Notes under the pieces: generated by a model
The model's input: only the letters and a program-made list of their open reading frames with translations
The model's database searches: none
Told to the model about the DNA's origin: nothing
Part shown: one piece after another, positions 1-12,104 of the stretch
Numbering within the stretch: position 1 is the first letter of the stretch
Layout: the number at the start of each line of letters is the position of its first letter
Source of the DNA: Cirrosporium novae-zelandiae
Lineage: Eukaryota
Reading direction: 5' to 3'
Length of the DNA stretch: 64,000 nt
Assembly: GCA_026023565.1 (NCBI GenBank)
Contig: JAPETS010000007.1
Location: 806,001-870,000, forward strand
Translations under genes and position numbers: made by a program

Positions 1-1864
1 AAACTTAGGGCTTCCTAGTGTATTTTTTATTTTGATATGTATACATCCCTCCCTTGTTTATTCAATTAAAGCTCTGATGACCTCCATCCATAAAAATACA
101 AAAGAAAAAGGAAACTTTTTATGTTTTAACTACCTTGGTTTTTTGGAGGGGTTTTTTCCCCTCCTATTTCAGTGCTATCATATGGGGACCTGGAAGTTAG
201 AGTACTAGCTCTTGTTATATATCACAAAGCAAGCATCGTCGAAAAGGAGTACTTAGTTCCATCATGATCTTATTTATTGGGGCAACATAGCAGAATAGGA
301 TTGTAGCTATCTATCTAAGATTCTTGAAGAAGGACGTATAACTAGACAACAAAATAATTGCAAAATAAAAATAAGTGAATAACTAATTACATTGTAACTA
401 AGGCATAAGCCGTTTCATAACATAACTGATAGGACACCTTAATCCACGTGCCTATCTTTATGAAAGGCAACATTCATTTCCTCTCAAATTCCCTAACCTT
501 GTTCACAAAATAATCCTTCTACCTAAAATATTCACTTACTGACAAACATCGAATATCCCACCCATCTTACTCACCTTACTCATTTATTCACGATGCAATA
601 TATAATACGATACAAATCCCACCTAGCACCCATCATAATTCAATCTCCAGCTTTACACCCCTGCCCCCTCCCCTTACCCTTCCTACCTTTGTGCTTCAAG
701 ATAATATTATTTCTTAGTTTCATTGTTTTCGTCGTTGAAGGATTATGCCATGGGCAGGCATGATAATAAATCATGACAGCTTTAGCTAGTCTCATTGAAA
801 GTGGTAAATGTGATTGATTTTATTAAGGTCAGCTTTACCTGCACATAGATGATATGATAACCTTGGAGCGATGTCGAAAAAAGAATAACTTGCTAAAAAG
901 AATCCTCGGACACTTTTAATTTATAATAGTCATTTTTTCACTTTCGCTCGGTACACGATTCAAGAGTTCTTGCCAATGTTAATCGCCTATACTTATCTCC
1001 AACTTCGAATTGTTTGTTATTTCGGCCTTTACTTTTTTTGCTTCGGCGAAGATGAACCGAGGGGAGGGGATAAATCCGTTTGAGTTATCTATAAGATTTG
1101 GGGGAAGCTTGAAAAGAAAAAGGGTGCTGCTTGGTTGAACACCGAACTTTATTGGATTTAATATCTCCTCTTGAATGCATGCGCATCGGCTCCCAACCCT
1201 CGGGGGACGGCATCTTTATTCGTCAATTTAATTTGGATGATTTTCTAGATGCAGCAATAAGTATATTTGCCGGACGATACGTACGAATTGCTAATACTTA
1301 TACAGTATAACTTCTTCGAAGAAAAAGATGACCTATTTGTATGCGGTCGCGTATATAGAATCAGCTGCGTAGCAGTATATTTCTACTGTGAGGTATAACC
1401 CAGAACTAAATAATATATAAAACGTAGAGCAAGAACATGCTTGGCTTGCATCATACTGCAAGAAGTATTTACAGGAACACTGATCTTTAAGTTGGTACTA
1501 GCAGGCTGAGTGCTGGTGAGTTGGTTATAACTGGCACTCCTCTTTTTAAGTTTGTGATATTTGAAGGAGATGGGAGCATTTAGGATTTAGGGAGTGATAA
1601 GGTGTTGGGATCACATTGAGCTGTTCGAGTCATGTTTCAAAAATTCAACCAATGAGGATACCTAATTGGGTTTGGAATATATCCGTGCAAAGTGGTATAG
1701 CTGAGTTTAAGCGTTATTGCCTTTGAACCTGAACGTCTGTTCCCTCAAATCTGTTCTATATAATGACCCCTCTTCCCCTAGTTTTGCTTGTTTTCTCAAT
1801 TCCTCATCGATAACAAATTTACCTTGACCCTACTTTATATTGCTATGTACTAGGAAACAATAAT

Positions 1865-2458
1865 ATGCCGAATATGGATAATACTATGATGATCCCGCTT
1901 CAACCGCTAAACTACTCCATATCTATGGCCGTGGCGACTGCTTCATCACATAACCCCCCATCGGTGGAAACACAACAAAATGTCGATACTCTTCCTCGTT
2001 GGGACAACAACGCTTCGCCAACAAGCAGCCACAACAACACCCCTAGGGAAATCGACAACAACAACAATACTTGCAACAACATGAAGAAGCGCATATTAGC
2101 AAAAGTTGTCGTCCTACCTTTTCCAACCAAGGAAACTGTTACGAAAGCCCTCGCCGTTGCCATTGCCTTCCTCCTATTTTTCGGGTTGATAAATGAATCA
2201 CAACAACAACATCAGCCACCCGGCTATAGATTTATTTGGCTCGGCGACACTTGGCATCTGCTTTGCCTGTATGGAATCGGCTTCATGGGTCAGGCTGTTG
2301 TTTTCCGGCTGGTTGGGGCTGATAGGTATGGTTCTATAGGATATTGGTATTTAGGGTTTTTTGTCTTGACGGGGATTGCGGTTGGGATGCCGACTCTTAA
2401 GTTGGTGTTGCCGGGTCTGTTTTATGGGATGGGTGGTGGTGGGCATGGGGGACTCTGA
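1865..2458 (+). CDS. Hypothetical membrane protein (low-complexity N-terminus, about 3 hydrophobic segments)
   Basis: 197-aa ATG ORF with a TATA-like element and pyrimidine-rich tract upstream. Hydrophobic stretches ALAVAIAFLLFFGL, WHLLCLYGIGFMG and WYLGFFVLTGIAVG. No recognisable family. Confidence 0.45.
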   Translation: MPNMDNTMMIPLQPLNYSISMAVATASSHNPPSVETQQNVDTLPRWDNNASPTSSHNNTPREIDNNNNTCNNMKKRILAKVVVLPFPTKETVTKALAVAIAFLLFFGLINESQQQHQPPGYRFIWLGDTWHLLCLYGIGFMGQAVVFRLVGADRYGSIGYWYLGFFVLTGIAVGMPTLKLVLPGLFYGMGGGGHGGL

Positions 2459-4651
2459 TTAGGGTTGGGTTATGTTAGATTATATTGGATTAGCGCATAT
2501 GTATAGTATAGTGTATTTGTATGATGGTATGATGGTATGTTTAGTGATGGGCAAAATTACGATATTCATGTAAGTATATACAAATATACGAAGGACAATT
2601 TATCTATATTACATCAAATATCTACATGTATTCCTAGCCAACACCAGACCCGTATATATAATGATACGTCAATTATCATAATTAATATTCAAACTAATTA
2701 GTCTATACGTTTCGACTCTTTAGACTAATTATTGAAGAATTTTATTTTCACTCACTCGTTTGCCTACCTACCTACCTAGGTACTGTACCTTCGTCACTGC
2801 TCCTCCAACATGTATGTTAATATATACCCCTGATATAAGATGATGATGATGATGATGATGTAAGAAATGGAAATGGAATAATTCCAAATAAGGAAGGAAT
2901 AAAGGGGGGGGGGGGGGGGGGGGGGAGAGAGGACTCAGAGGAAAGAGATCTTTTATTATGATCTCTGTAAAAGTATATGTATATATGTAGTTATCTCAAC
3001 CACAACCTCGAATTTTTCATTCTCAATTTTCTCATCAGACGTACATGTACATGTAACATGGATATAAGGACAACAAAATGAAAATTTTTTTTTTTAGTAT
3101 TAGTATCAGTATTAGTATTAGTATTAGATCTAAAGTTGATTGGTTGGTTGGTTGGTATAAATTATCCGCAGAAATGAAATATCCTTGTTCAAACTGCTGA
3201 GTATTAAGAAAAAAAGAAAAGGATTAAGCCTTTCTTTTCCTTCTTCCTTCCTTAGACTGCAAAGATATCTAAAGATATCTAAAGTGATGTCCCTAGCTGT
3301 ATCTCTTCCTTATCCCTAACCCCCCCCCCCCCTTATAGTAGGATGGATTCCAGTACTCAAGTCTAGAAGGTGTATCTATTTCTCAAAGACCGATCGACAT
3401 ATGTTTCCCTTCCTATTTATTTATTCATTCATGTATATAGAATTAATTTTTTTTATTAACAATAAGGCGCATGCATACGTTGTATGTTGTAAAACAAACT
3501 GATAATTAATTATTCGGGGTCCTATCAACCTTTGGATAACGGATAACACCTCTGCTCAGGCCATATATATACTGTGGGCACCTATCTACTACTCTACTAT
3601 ATTTCACCATCAATCACCAATCAACCATCCCATAAACCATCTTATCTCATCCTATCCCATCACATCCCATCCTAGCCTGGCCGGTTACACTAAACCCCTC
3701 CATCCAATCCACATCCACGTCCAGAAAATTTCCAACTCGTCATATTATTTATTGGCCACTTACTTCTTAACAATCTAATCTCCCTGTAATAGGTAATATG
3801 TAATAGGAGGATAGGAGGATATGAATCCGATGCTTCTGTCATGTGGAAGAGGATGTGTGTACATGTATATGGGTGGCACATGTCGTCGGCTAACTGTACC
3901 GTACAACCTCATTTGATTTTTGCAGTTTTTTTCTTGGCCTTGGTGAGGTGAGTGAGTGAGTCGTGGGAATAGCAAATGTATAGCTAAGGCTAGAGCGACA
4001 GCGACAAAAAAAAACCCCCCCCACTAAGAAAATTATACCTCCTCTCCTTAACGGGTATAATTGATACTCCCTATACCCTACTCCAACTCTCTACATTCCT
4101 CATTAAGACCTCAACCCTCAGAGAGGTAAGAAATAAAAGATCGAACGGGCGAGAGAGAGAGAGAGAGAGAGAGAAAGAAAGAAAGAAACAAGATGAGATT
4201 ACTGGATAGATGGATATATAATTAAATAAACAGATACTAAATGCAATAGATACTATCTATATTGGAGTTACATATTGACTGCGCTATGCTCGATATAGAC
4301 ATGACATGCAATTACTAAGTTAATTACCCAGTATGCCCTAGCCCACTTTTTGATTAACTCAACATCGTAGATAGATGGATGGAATGGATGGATGGATGGA
4401 TGGATGGATGAGAAGAAAGGGAGAAAGAAAGAAAAGGGGAGGGGGGAATTGGGATTGGGATTATATTATATTTCATGATGTGATAGTGACGGTGACGGTG
4501 ATGGATGGAGAGGATTTGTGTTTGAGCTGCGTGGTTCTAATAATAATAATATTGTTGCTTTGAGTTATATAGAAATCTAGATATATATGCACGTTGATTT
4601 ATTTATTACAACTCACCCATCCACATCCATCCCCATAAATCAACCAACCAA

Positions 4652-5239
4652 TCAATCAACCCACCTCTTCTGCTGTCCACAAAAATCCTTTCCCCTCGGA
4701 TCCCCCGGCAAAATAGTAATCGTACTCGCCACAATCCCCACCAAATTTTCTGTAGATGTCGTTGTCCCCGTAACTTCATTCCCATAACCATCCACGTAAA
4801 CATAATTTGTATCCGTGATGGTGGTTTGGCCCGTGACGAAAGCCCCTGTTGTGGAACAGGTGATTGGGCAGGTTGTGGGGAGGACTGTGAAGGGGACGTA
4901 GCTTTGACTGTCGACGTAGGTGTAGAATGTGGAGGTTGTGGTTGTCAGAGAGGAGGAGGTGGTGGTGGTTGTGAGGCCGGTGGTTATGGTGGGGTTGGTG
5001 CTGTGGGGGTTTGTTAGGTTTGGGGGTACTGTTTTTGGGTTTTTGGAGGAGGGGGAGCTTACATAGTTATGGTTATGGTGGTCGTGCTGGCGGTGGCGGT
5101 GACAGTTGTTGTTGTGCGTGTGAAGGTGAAGTCGGGGCTGTTGGGGGGGTTGCCGTTTGTAGAGGAGGAGGAAGTCGACGAAGAGGACGAAGAGGATGAA
5201 GAGGATGAAGAGGATGAAGATGATTGAGAGTTACTCGAG

Positions 5240-5280
<41 letters not shown>

Positions 5281-7919
5281 GGTAGTGGTAGTAGGGTGAG
5301 AAATAGTCGGCTGAATAAGTCTCTCTTCAAGTACCATTTCCCCTGTAGACGCAATTATAGGTAGTATAGATGATTTGCAGGGACACACTGTAACGAGCGT
5401 GTGAATAGTGACCGTAACATAAGCCGGTAGGTCCATCGAGCCAAGAATCTGTCTACTTAAAGACGGTGCCATAAGGGGGGGCGGAGCTGAATTAGAAGCT
5501 GTGCTCAGTGCTAGAATGCTGGAAGCTTGGTAGGCGTTGCAGTGGGTGCAGATGGTTGATGTGGTAGTCACCAGGATTGTTGATATTGTTGAAGAAGTTT
5601 GAGTAATAGCCTGGTTGTTCGAGATGATGGTCTGGATCATGGGACAAGTTGTTACCGTCGTGTGAACTCTATTAAAATATTGAGTTAGTACAAATCTAGA
5701 AGGGACTTTTAGTGTTCCGATTTAATATTGAATTAGATTGGCAGTAAGTCCACTGGATGAAGGAATTGATAATTAGAAATTCTGAATTCAGAAACTTACA
5801 TCACTGTTGTAATTGCTTCTTGGACTTCCATGGAAGTAGAAGAACTTGCGTTGGGAACGGAAGTAATGGCTGTAGCCGTAGTTGAACTACCGCCGAGCTG
5901 GCTGGAACTATACGATCTTAAGACAGAATAGCTTGAGGAAATTCCTTGACCCAAGGCTGTCGAACTCGTAGTTGCCAAAGATGTCCCAGAGTTGTTCGCC
6001 CCAGTGCTCATTAGTGATGTGCTGGATGAAGGAAGCCCTGAAGATAAAGAAACGCTGGATAACTGGTTCCTTGAAGCGGTGCTATCTCCAGTATCAGTAC
6101 CAAGGAGTAGCGACGAAGTCGATTCCGAATAGCTCATACTGCTCAAAGAAGTAGACGAGAAAACTGAGCTTGTTGTAGAGACCACACTAGAAGAAGATAC
6201 TAACAAAGACGAGGATGAGCTACTTCCATTTGGATCCGCCAAAAAGGGTATTGCAGCAGAAGTTAGGCTGATACTATCGCTTGAGCCAGTGGGATTAGGA
6301 TTTGGAGATATTGTGCTAGCAGTCGTACTGGAGCTGATGCTGCTAGGATCTCCTGCTGACGATTGCGTTGAGCTGGTACTTGGACTGGCACCATCAGGTC
6401 CCGAACATGATGACGAGAAGGTAGAACCAGAGGGTGTGTTGCCTAGGTTAATCGAAGGACCTTGGGATAGAATGTTACTGCTAGTTGCCGAAAGCGGGAG
6501 TGTTGAACTAAGGCTTAACATAGTGCTGTCCGTCAATAAATTTGACAAGCTTGAACCGGACACAGTGCCGCTTGTTTGCGAGGATGAAACCAAAGTTGAT
6601 ATCGATACAGTGCTGAGGGATGTAGAGATAGACATAGGGATGGAAATATCTGTGGAGCATGTTCCTGAACTCGTTATGGAATTGAGCGTAGAACTAGAAG
6701 TCCCTACCGTGGATGTCTCCGTAGAATAATCGGTGGGACTTGAGATGGAGCTAGTTGTCAAGCTAGTTGTTGAGCTAGATATAGAGCTGGACGTCTCCGT
6801 AGAACCCTCTGTGGAGCTCATAGTTGAACTCACTGTAGACGTAGAGCTTGCTGTAGAGCTTTGTGAGGAGCTTTCTGTGGAACTCGAAGTCAAACTCGCT
6901 GTAGATGTAGAACTTCCCGTAGAACTCTCCGTAGAAGTTGAAGATGAGCTAAATGTAGTCATGGAACTTGTGGAGCTGCTTGTGAAACTTTGCGAGGTAC
7001 TTGTCGAATCTGTCGAATCTGATGTAGAGCTTGATGTAGAACTTGACGTAGAACTTTCAGAGCTAGTTTCTGAGGATGAAGTCATGGTCGTTGAGATTGT
7101 GCTGCTAGTCTCTGACGATGAACTTGATAGACTAGAGCTGGAAGTACTGCTATCAAGTGTGCAGTCTGTAGCCGTTATAAGACTATAGGCTTCACCAGAA
7201 AGCGTATAAATTGAGGTTGTAACCTCAGTAGACGTTGAAGAGTAACTTATAAATGTTGAAGTACTTGACGGGACTGTAATACCTGGTAAGGTCTGAGTGG
7301 TGGTTGGAGGAATAGTTATGGTTACAGTATCCGTTGTTGGTGACGGGCCAATTGAGATTGCATACGAGCCAGCAGCCTGCTCCCCTACAGCAGAAAATCC
7401 AATAGTTAAAGTCCCAGGAGGTATAAGGTATTCATAAATAGGGCAGGCCATTGTTGTGACAAAGGTAGTCGTGGCACTACCAACAGATCTTGAATCACAA
7501 ACAATAACATTTGTTGACTTTCCATCGGCACCAAGAATATAATTCGGTAGAGTGAGCAAAGGAGTGACATAAGCGCCGGGTGCTGTAAAATATATATTAG
7601 CCAAAGAAAGGTTTATGAACAAAGTCACTTGACACAATGATTGAATAGAATATGGTAATTTTATATTTTAGAGATGCAGACGGACTACTCATTATGGTTC
7701 CAAGATTCTCAACTCAATTGCTGTTACGGCTTTGTGGGCTACTCTTCAACTATTTACTTACCACCGGTATAAGCGAGTGTTGCCAAGATATTCCATGTAG
7801 GAGTACTTCCACCTGTTGGAGAGGTAAAGGAGTATACAGTCGGAAATGTAAAACCGTTGGTGGCGCTCGTAGCTGTGACAGCGCCTTGGAGGGCTGGGGC
7901 AGAAAATGAGACGCCCATA
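4652..7919 (-). CDS. Large Ser/Thr-rich mucin-like cell-surface or cell-wall protein, multi-exon; 5' end uncertain
   Basis: ORFs 5796-7637 and 5059-5640 are extremely S/T-rich with T(V)CP motifs. A further exon at about 5005-4652 (…TTCPITCSTTG…KDFCGQQKRWVD*) follows a GTAAGC donor. A probable upstream exon at about 7919-7765 reads MGVSFSAPALQGAVTATS…. Confidence 0.6.
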
Positions 7920-10093
7920 TTGGAACAATGAAAGTGAAATGATGGAATTTGAGAGTAGATTCCGTCGAAATGGTCGGGATGGCCTGATCAAATTGATGCT
8001 CAAACCCCGACTACAGACACATTCATGCTTCTCTCGAGATGTAACGATTCATATGCAAGTAAACAAAATGTGACAGGCTTATGCAAAAATTGTAAATCAA
8101 GAAGAGCGGGTAGTTAATGTAGAAACCCAAAGGAAAACAAGGTCAGCTAACTTCAGCTAATAAAGCCTTTTAGAAGAAAACACATGTTCAGAATAGGAAA
8201 TAGCATCGAGCCAGCATGGTAGAAAGATATTCGAAGCAATGAACAAAACACAACGGCTTCACCCTAAAAGAAAAGTGCCGCATAGGCTTCCAATTGATTA
8301 TTCGGATTTACGGAGGCATCAATGTCCTTCACGACGGTCAAAGTATGTCATCTGGTGGCGTTGTGCCACTGTCAATAAAGGGGTTCATTCTGAGCTTTAT
8401 GAGACTATGATTGGTCTCGTGAATATTCCGATATGCCAAAGGGAAGAATTTGGTATTCGATGAATGTAAAGGAGCAAAATTCTAGATTAACATGAGACAT
8501 GAGGGCTTCCATGAAGTTCTATGGTTGTAAATTTATTTAAGATTGTGGGCAAAGCAAAGTCGTAAATTTTAACTCGGGGCTACATACTTGGTCCCCTTCG
8601 AACACCGAACCAACGAGAACTCTGCAGATTTGTTGGTCACTACCACAGTATTGTCCACATCAATGACCAATGATCCATGAAGCAATCGTCTCTCGACTTA
8701 GCTAACACCTTAGTTAATCAACCAATCGTGACCTTTCTACCTCCACCTTCACCTCCACCCTCCACCCTCCACCCGACCGTTTCTCCCGACCCTTTTCAAT
8801 CTCAATTTATTAAACGATCGTGATGCTTCCGAAATTTGTATAAATACCAAGCGCCGTTCGATAGTTGTCAATATAGTATAGAGTCGCTTTTGTGAAGTGA
8901 ACCCGATCACTAGAAAGAGTAGAGAAAGAGCGGAGATTCTATAAAGTAGACTGCGGGAGGTGTAGGTGGGTATTTAAGTGAGAAAGCGGAAGAATTACTG
9001 TCATAGGACTCTGGCGTATAAGAATGAAGCCGGAGAAATGTACAATCCTCAGCTGTCGTTTAGTTGAGCATGTCGTCCTGAGATATCTACTGTATAATAT
9101 GCTAGACTGTTTTTCCTTCGAATTGACTTCCAAGGGGCAAGACTAGAATTTATTCTCATTCAAATTTCCCTTCCGACTGACTCCATCATTTCCTATCCCC
9201 TTATATCCAAAGTATGAATTCTGCTTACTCAAGTCAAATTTATTCTCCACCTCGATATCCAGACCAAGGAATTATTTATCGACCTTAAAGAGTTGGTCGG
9301 CATTTTAGAGGAGCTAGGAGCCTTTAGGGGAGTCACGCAAGTCGAGGTAGAAGAACCCGATGTCTTTGAAGCTAAATACAAGCATTTAGATCCTGCTTAA
9401 TCCAAGTCCAGGGGCTATGAGTATATTCTCGGGATATGTGGGGAGACCAGGGAATGAAGATGGGTTGGTATCCATGTCGTAGGGGTGGAGATTAATATGA
9501 TGAGATTGCAGTAACTGGTCTAGGATAAACTAGAAAACATTTTCTGGAACATTTAGGTCGATCTTTTGCTATTTTAATGTTTCTATGATATTGTATCTTG
9601 CAGCTCCCCATCTGATACTTACAGTTTCTGCCTAAGGCATGAAGGCTTCAAGATAATTTCAACAGCGGCTAGGAGGCTCCCGAGGATATAAATAGTTATC
9701 TAATCATTGACTCCCACTTTACGGTATCTTAACATCGCTATCAGTTCCTCACACGCTCGCCAAACCCCGATCTAAACTTCGGTCCATACCCTCAATCCAT
9801 TTCTACACATTCGGAAGGACTAAAGAGAATCTATTAATTAAATTGATAGCCAATATGCCGACCTCGGATTTTCGCGACCCCTTATGATAAATGCTACGAA
9901 ATGAGAATTGTATAAGAAAACGTAAAACCCTCTCACCCTTGAGGGAGGAAAATATTCACAATGGCCTCAACTCTTTCTAGCCTTTCAACTTGATACATTT
10001 CATCATTAGGAGATCCACAAATTACCAGTCTGCCTGATACCTCTCGTTTAAGAAAGTACACAATTGATATTTAAAGTATCATTACTTTGCAGG

Positions 10094-11437
10094 ATGCGTA
10101 CCTCTGTCGGTATCTTGGCCGCACTAATCCTTGGTGTGAAATCCTCCAAACCGATATCTACGATCTACAGCCGCAGACAGCTCAATACAAACGGTAGCAC
10201 ATTAAAATATGGCTCTCCAGAGTCAGTTGGTCTTCTGTCACAGCCGTTGAAGGATATGGTAGTCAACATAACCGGATATACCCTCCCAGCGAACTATGGT
10301 AGCTTTACAGATGAAATAGTTCACCCTATCCAGCCAGGAAGTGTAGTTATGGTTGGGCATCAGTCAGTTATTGTCAGTCACTTTGCAAATGGGAAAACAA
10401 ACCTCTATGCAGATTCCAATGGTACTTATCTTCCGGAGGATGAACAAATAGCCACCGAACTAGGCACCATCTATGACATGGCCAGCTTAACAAAGATCTA
10501 TACCACTATCGCCGCCTTGCAGCAAATTGATGCCGGAAATCTTTGCATAAATGTAACAGTAGCATCATACCTCCCTAAGTTTGCAACTAATGGCAAAGGA
10601 AATATCACAATTCTCATGCTCATGACCCATACTAGCGGATTCGATGCGGATCCGGATCCAGCTCTATACTCTTCAAATTATACAACGATTGCACAAAGAA
10701 TAAATGCCATAATTACTCAGAAAATTATCAATACGCCTGGTAGTACGTATCTCTACTCGGACCTGAATTTCATGAACCTTGGGCTTGTGCTCGAGGAAAT
10801 TACTGGCAAGAAGCTTGATGAGCTCATTTATTCACTTACTTCAGTGCTTGGAATGAATAGCACATTCTTCAACCGTGGCAATACAGAGGGGGCAGCTTTT
10901 CCAGAATATCCTAGAATGGTCACTGAAGAGTATCAAATCGAGGTACTTGGAGAAAGCGAACCCCACAGGCCTCAGCCAGTTCGAGGAACTGTGCATGATG
11001 AAAATGCATGGTCTGTAGATGGTGTTAGTGGACATGCAGGTCTTTTCTCCACTGTAGCAGATACAGCCATACTTTGCCAGATGATTCTTAATAATGGAAC
11101 TTATGGAGGTAGAAAAGTCTTGGAGCCGGAGACTGTTGACCTTATATTTACTAATTTTAACGCCCGTTTCCCTGATGATGCACACGGCCTTGGCTTTGAA
11201 TTGGACCAATACTATTTTTCTGGCCCCATGGCGAGCTTGCAGACTGCTGGACACACAGGATACACAGGAACTACCATGGTCATAGACCGGCCGACCAATA
11301 CCTTCTTCATTCTTTTTGCTAATCGAGTACATCCTAGCCGTGAGTGGTCTAGCAACAACATTGTTCGAGAGGCTCTAGGTTATTGGGTTGCACTCGCGCT
11401 TGGAAGAAATAACGTCACGTTTCCTTCGCTCAGTTAG
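10094..11437 (+). CDS. Secreted beta-lactamase/PBP-fold serine hydrolase, AmiE/YbbE-like (putative N-acetylmuramoyl-L-alanine exo-amidase or esterase)
   Basis: Intronless 447-aa ORF with signal-peptide-like MRTSVGILAALILGVKS. Motifs: SxxK (MASLTK), LMTHTSG, YLYSDLNF, RGTVHDENAW, GHAGLFS, GHTGYTGT, NRVHP. Many N-x-S/T sequons. Confidence 0.85.
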   Translation: MRTSVGILAALILGVKSSKPISTIYSRRQLNTNGSTLKYGSPESVGLLSQPLKDMVVNITGYTLPANYGSFTDEIVHPIQPGSVVMVGHQSVIVSHFANGKTNLYADSNGTYLPEDEQIATELGTIYDMASLTKIYTTIAALQQIDAGNLCINVTVASYLPKFATNGKGNITILMLMTHTSGFDADPDPALYSSNYTTIAQRINAIITQKIINTPGSTYLYSDLNFMNLGLVLEEITGKKLDELIYSLTSVLGMNSTFFNRGNTEGAAFPEYPRMVTEEYQIEVLGESEPHRPQPVRGTVHDENAWSVDGVSGHAGLFSTVADTAILCQMILNNGTYGGRKVLEPETVDLIFTNFNARFPDDAHGLGFELDQYYFSGPMASLQTAGHTGYTGTTMVIDRPTNTFFILFANRVHPSREWSSNNIVREALGYWVALALGRNNVTFPSLS

Positions 11438-12104
11438 AGCACAGACTTGTGGTGCTGGATTTGTTCGATATATGTGATTGATCTCAGTTTGAAAAATTGC
11501 TGCAAGGAACTTGGTACTTACTAGCCTAAAACTTTTTGTACAGAAACCTAGCTTAGTATATATCAAGAACATTTCCAAGCACAGATGTATGATCCTCAAT
11601 ACAGCGTTCATCGATACTCACTAGAATCTGCCATTCACTATTCCCTCGTTCGACCCGCAAACCCCGCACTAGAAAACGCGGAGTAGCCGAAGACATCGGG
11701 CTTGCTTCTCATTATGGCACATGAAATAGATAAGAAATCCAAATAGATCATAGTACAAGTCAACAAGATGGAAAACAGATCATCCTAAATTAAACGGAGC
11801 AAATAACTTTCAAGTCATTTGATATGATTTAATAAAACAAACAACTCGCTCAACAGGAATTATATTCAAAAGAGGCAAAAGTCCAGATATACTCTGTTGG
11901 ACCACTTTAGCTAGAGCTGTCCACTTGACATGATTATTTAATGGCGGGACATGACTAAAGATAGTATGGGTTTTTGGAGATATCTACAGACTTTGGAGAA
12001 GTTGTGATTTAGACATCGTGTCCATTATATGAATTTCTCATCCTTCCCCCACAAAGGAAGTAGAATAGTCTCTATAAGCTTTAACTCAAATCTCTGAAAA
12101 GTGA

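Noticed and set aside
1..1800. AT-rich start of the window as a RIP-degraded element
   Set aside because: No ORF remnants or repeat structure identifiable by eye.
6289..7188. Plus-strand Val/Glu/Leu-rich ORFs
   Set aside because: Antisense shadows of the Ser/Thr-rich gene on the minus strand.
10094..11437. Antibiotic-resistance class C beta-lactamase
   Set aside because: Only the fold motifs are shared. The subfamily motifs and murQ context favour a muropeptide hydrolase; resistance cannot be supported from sequence alone.
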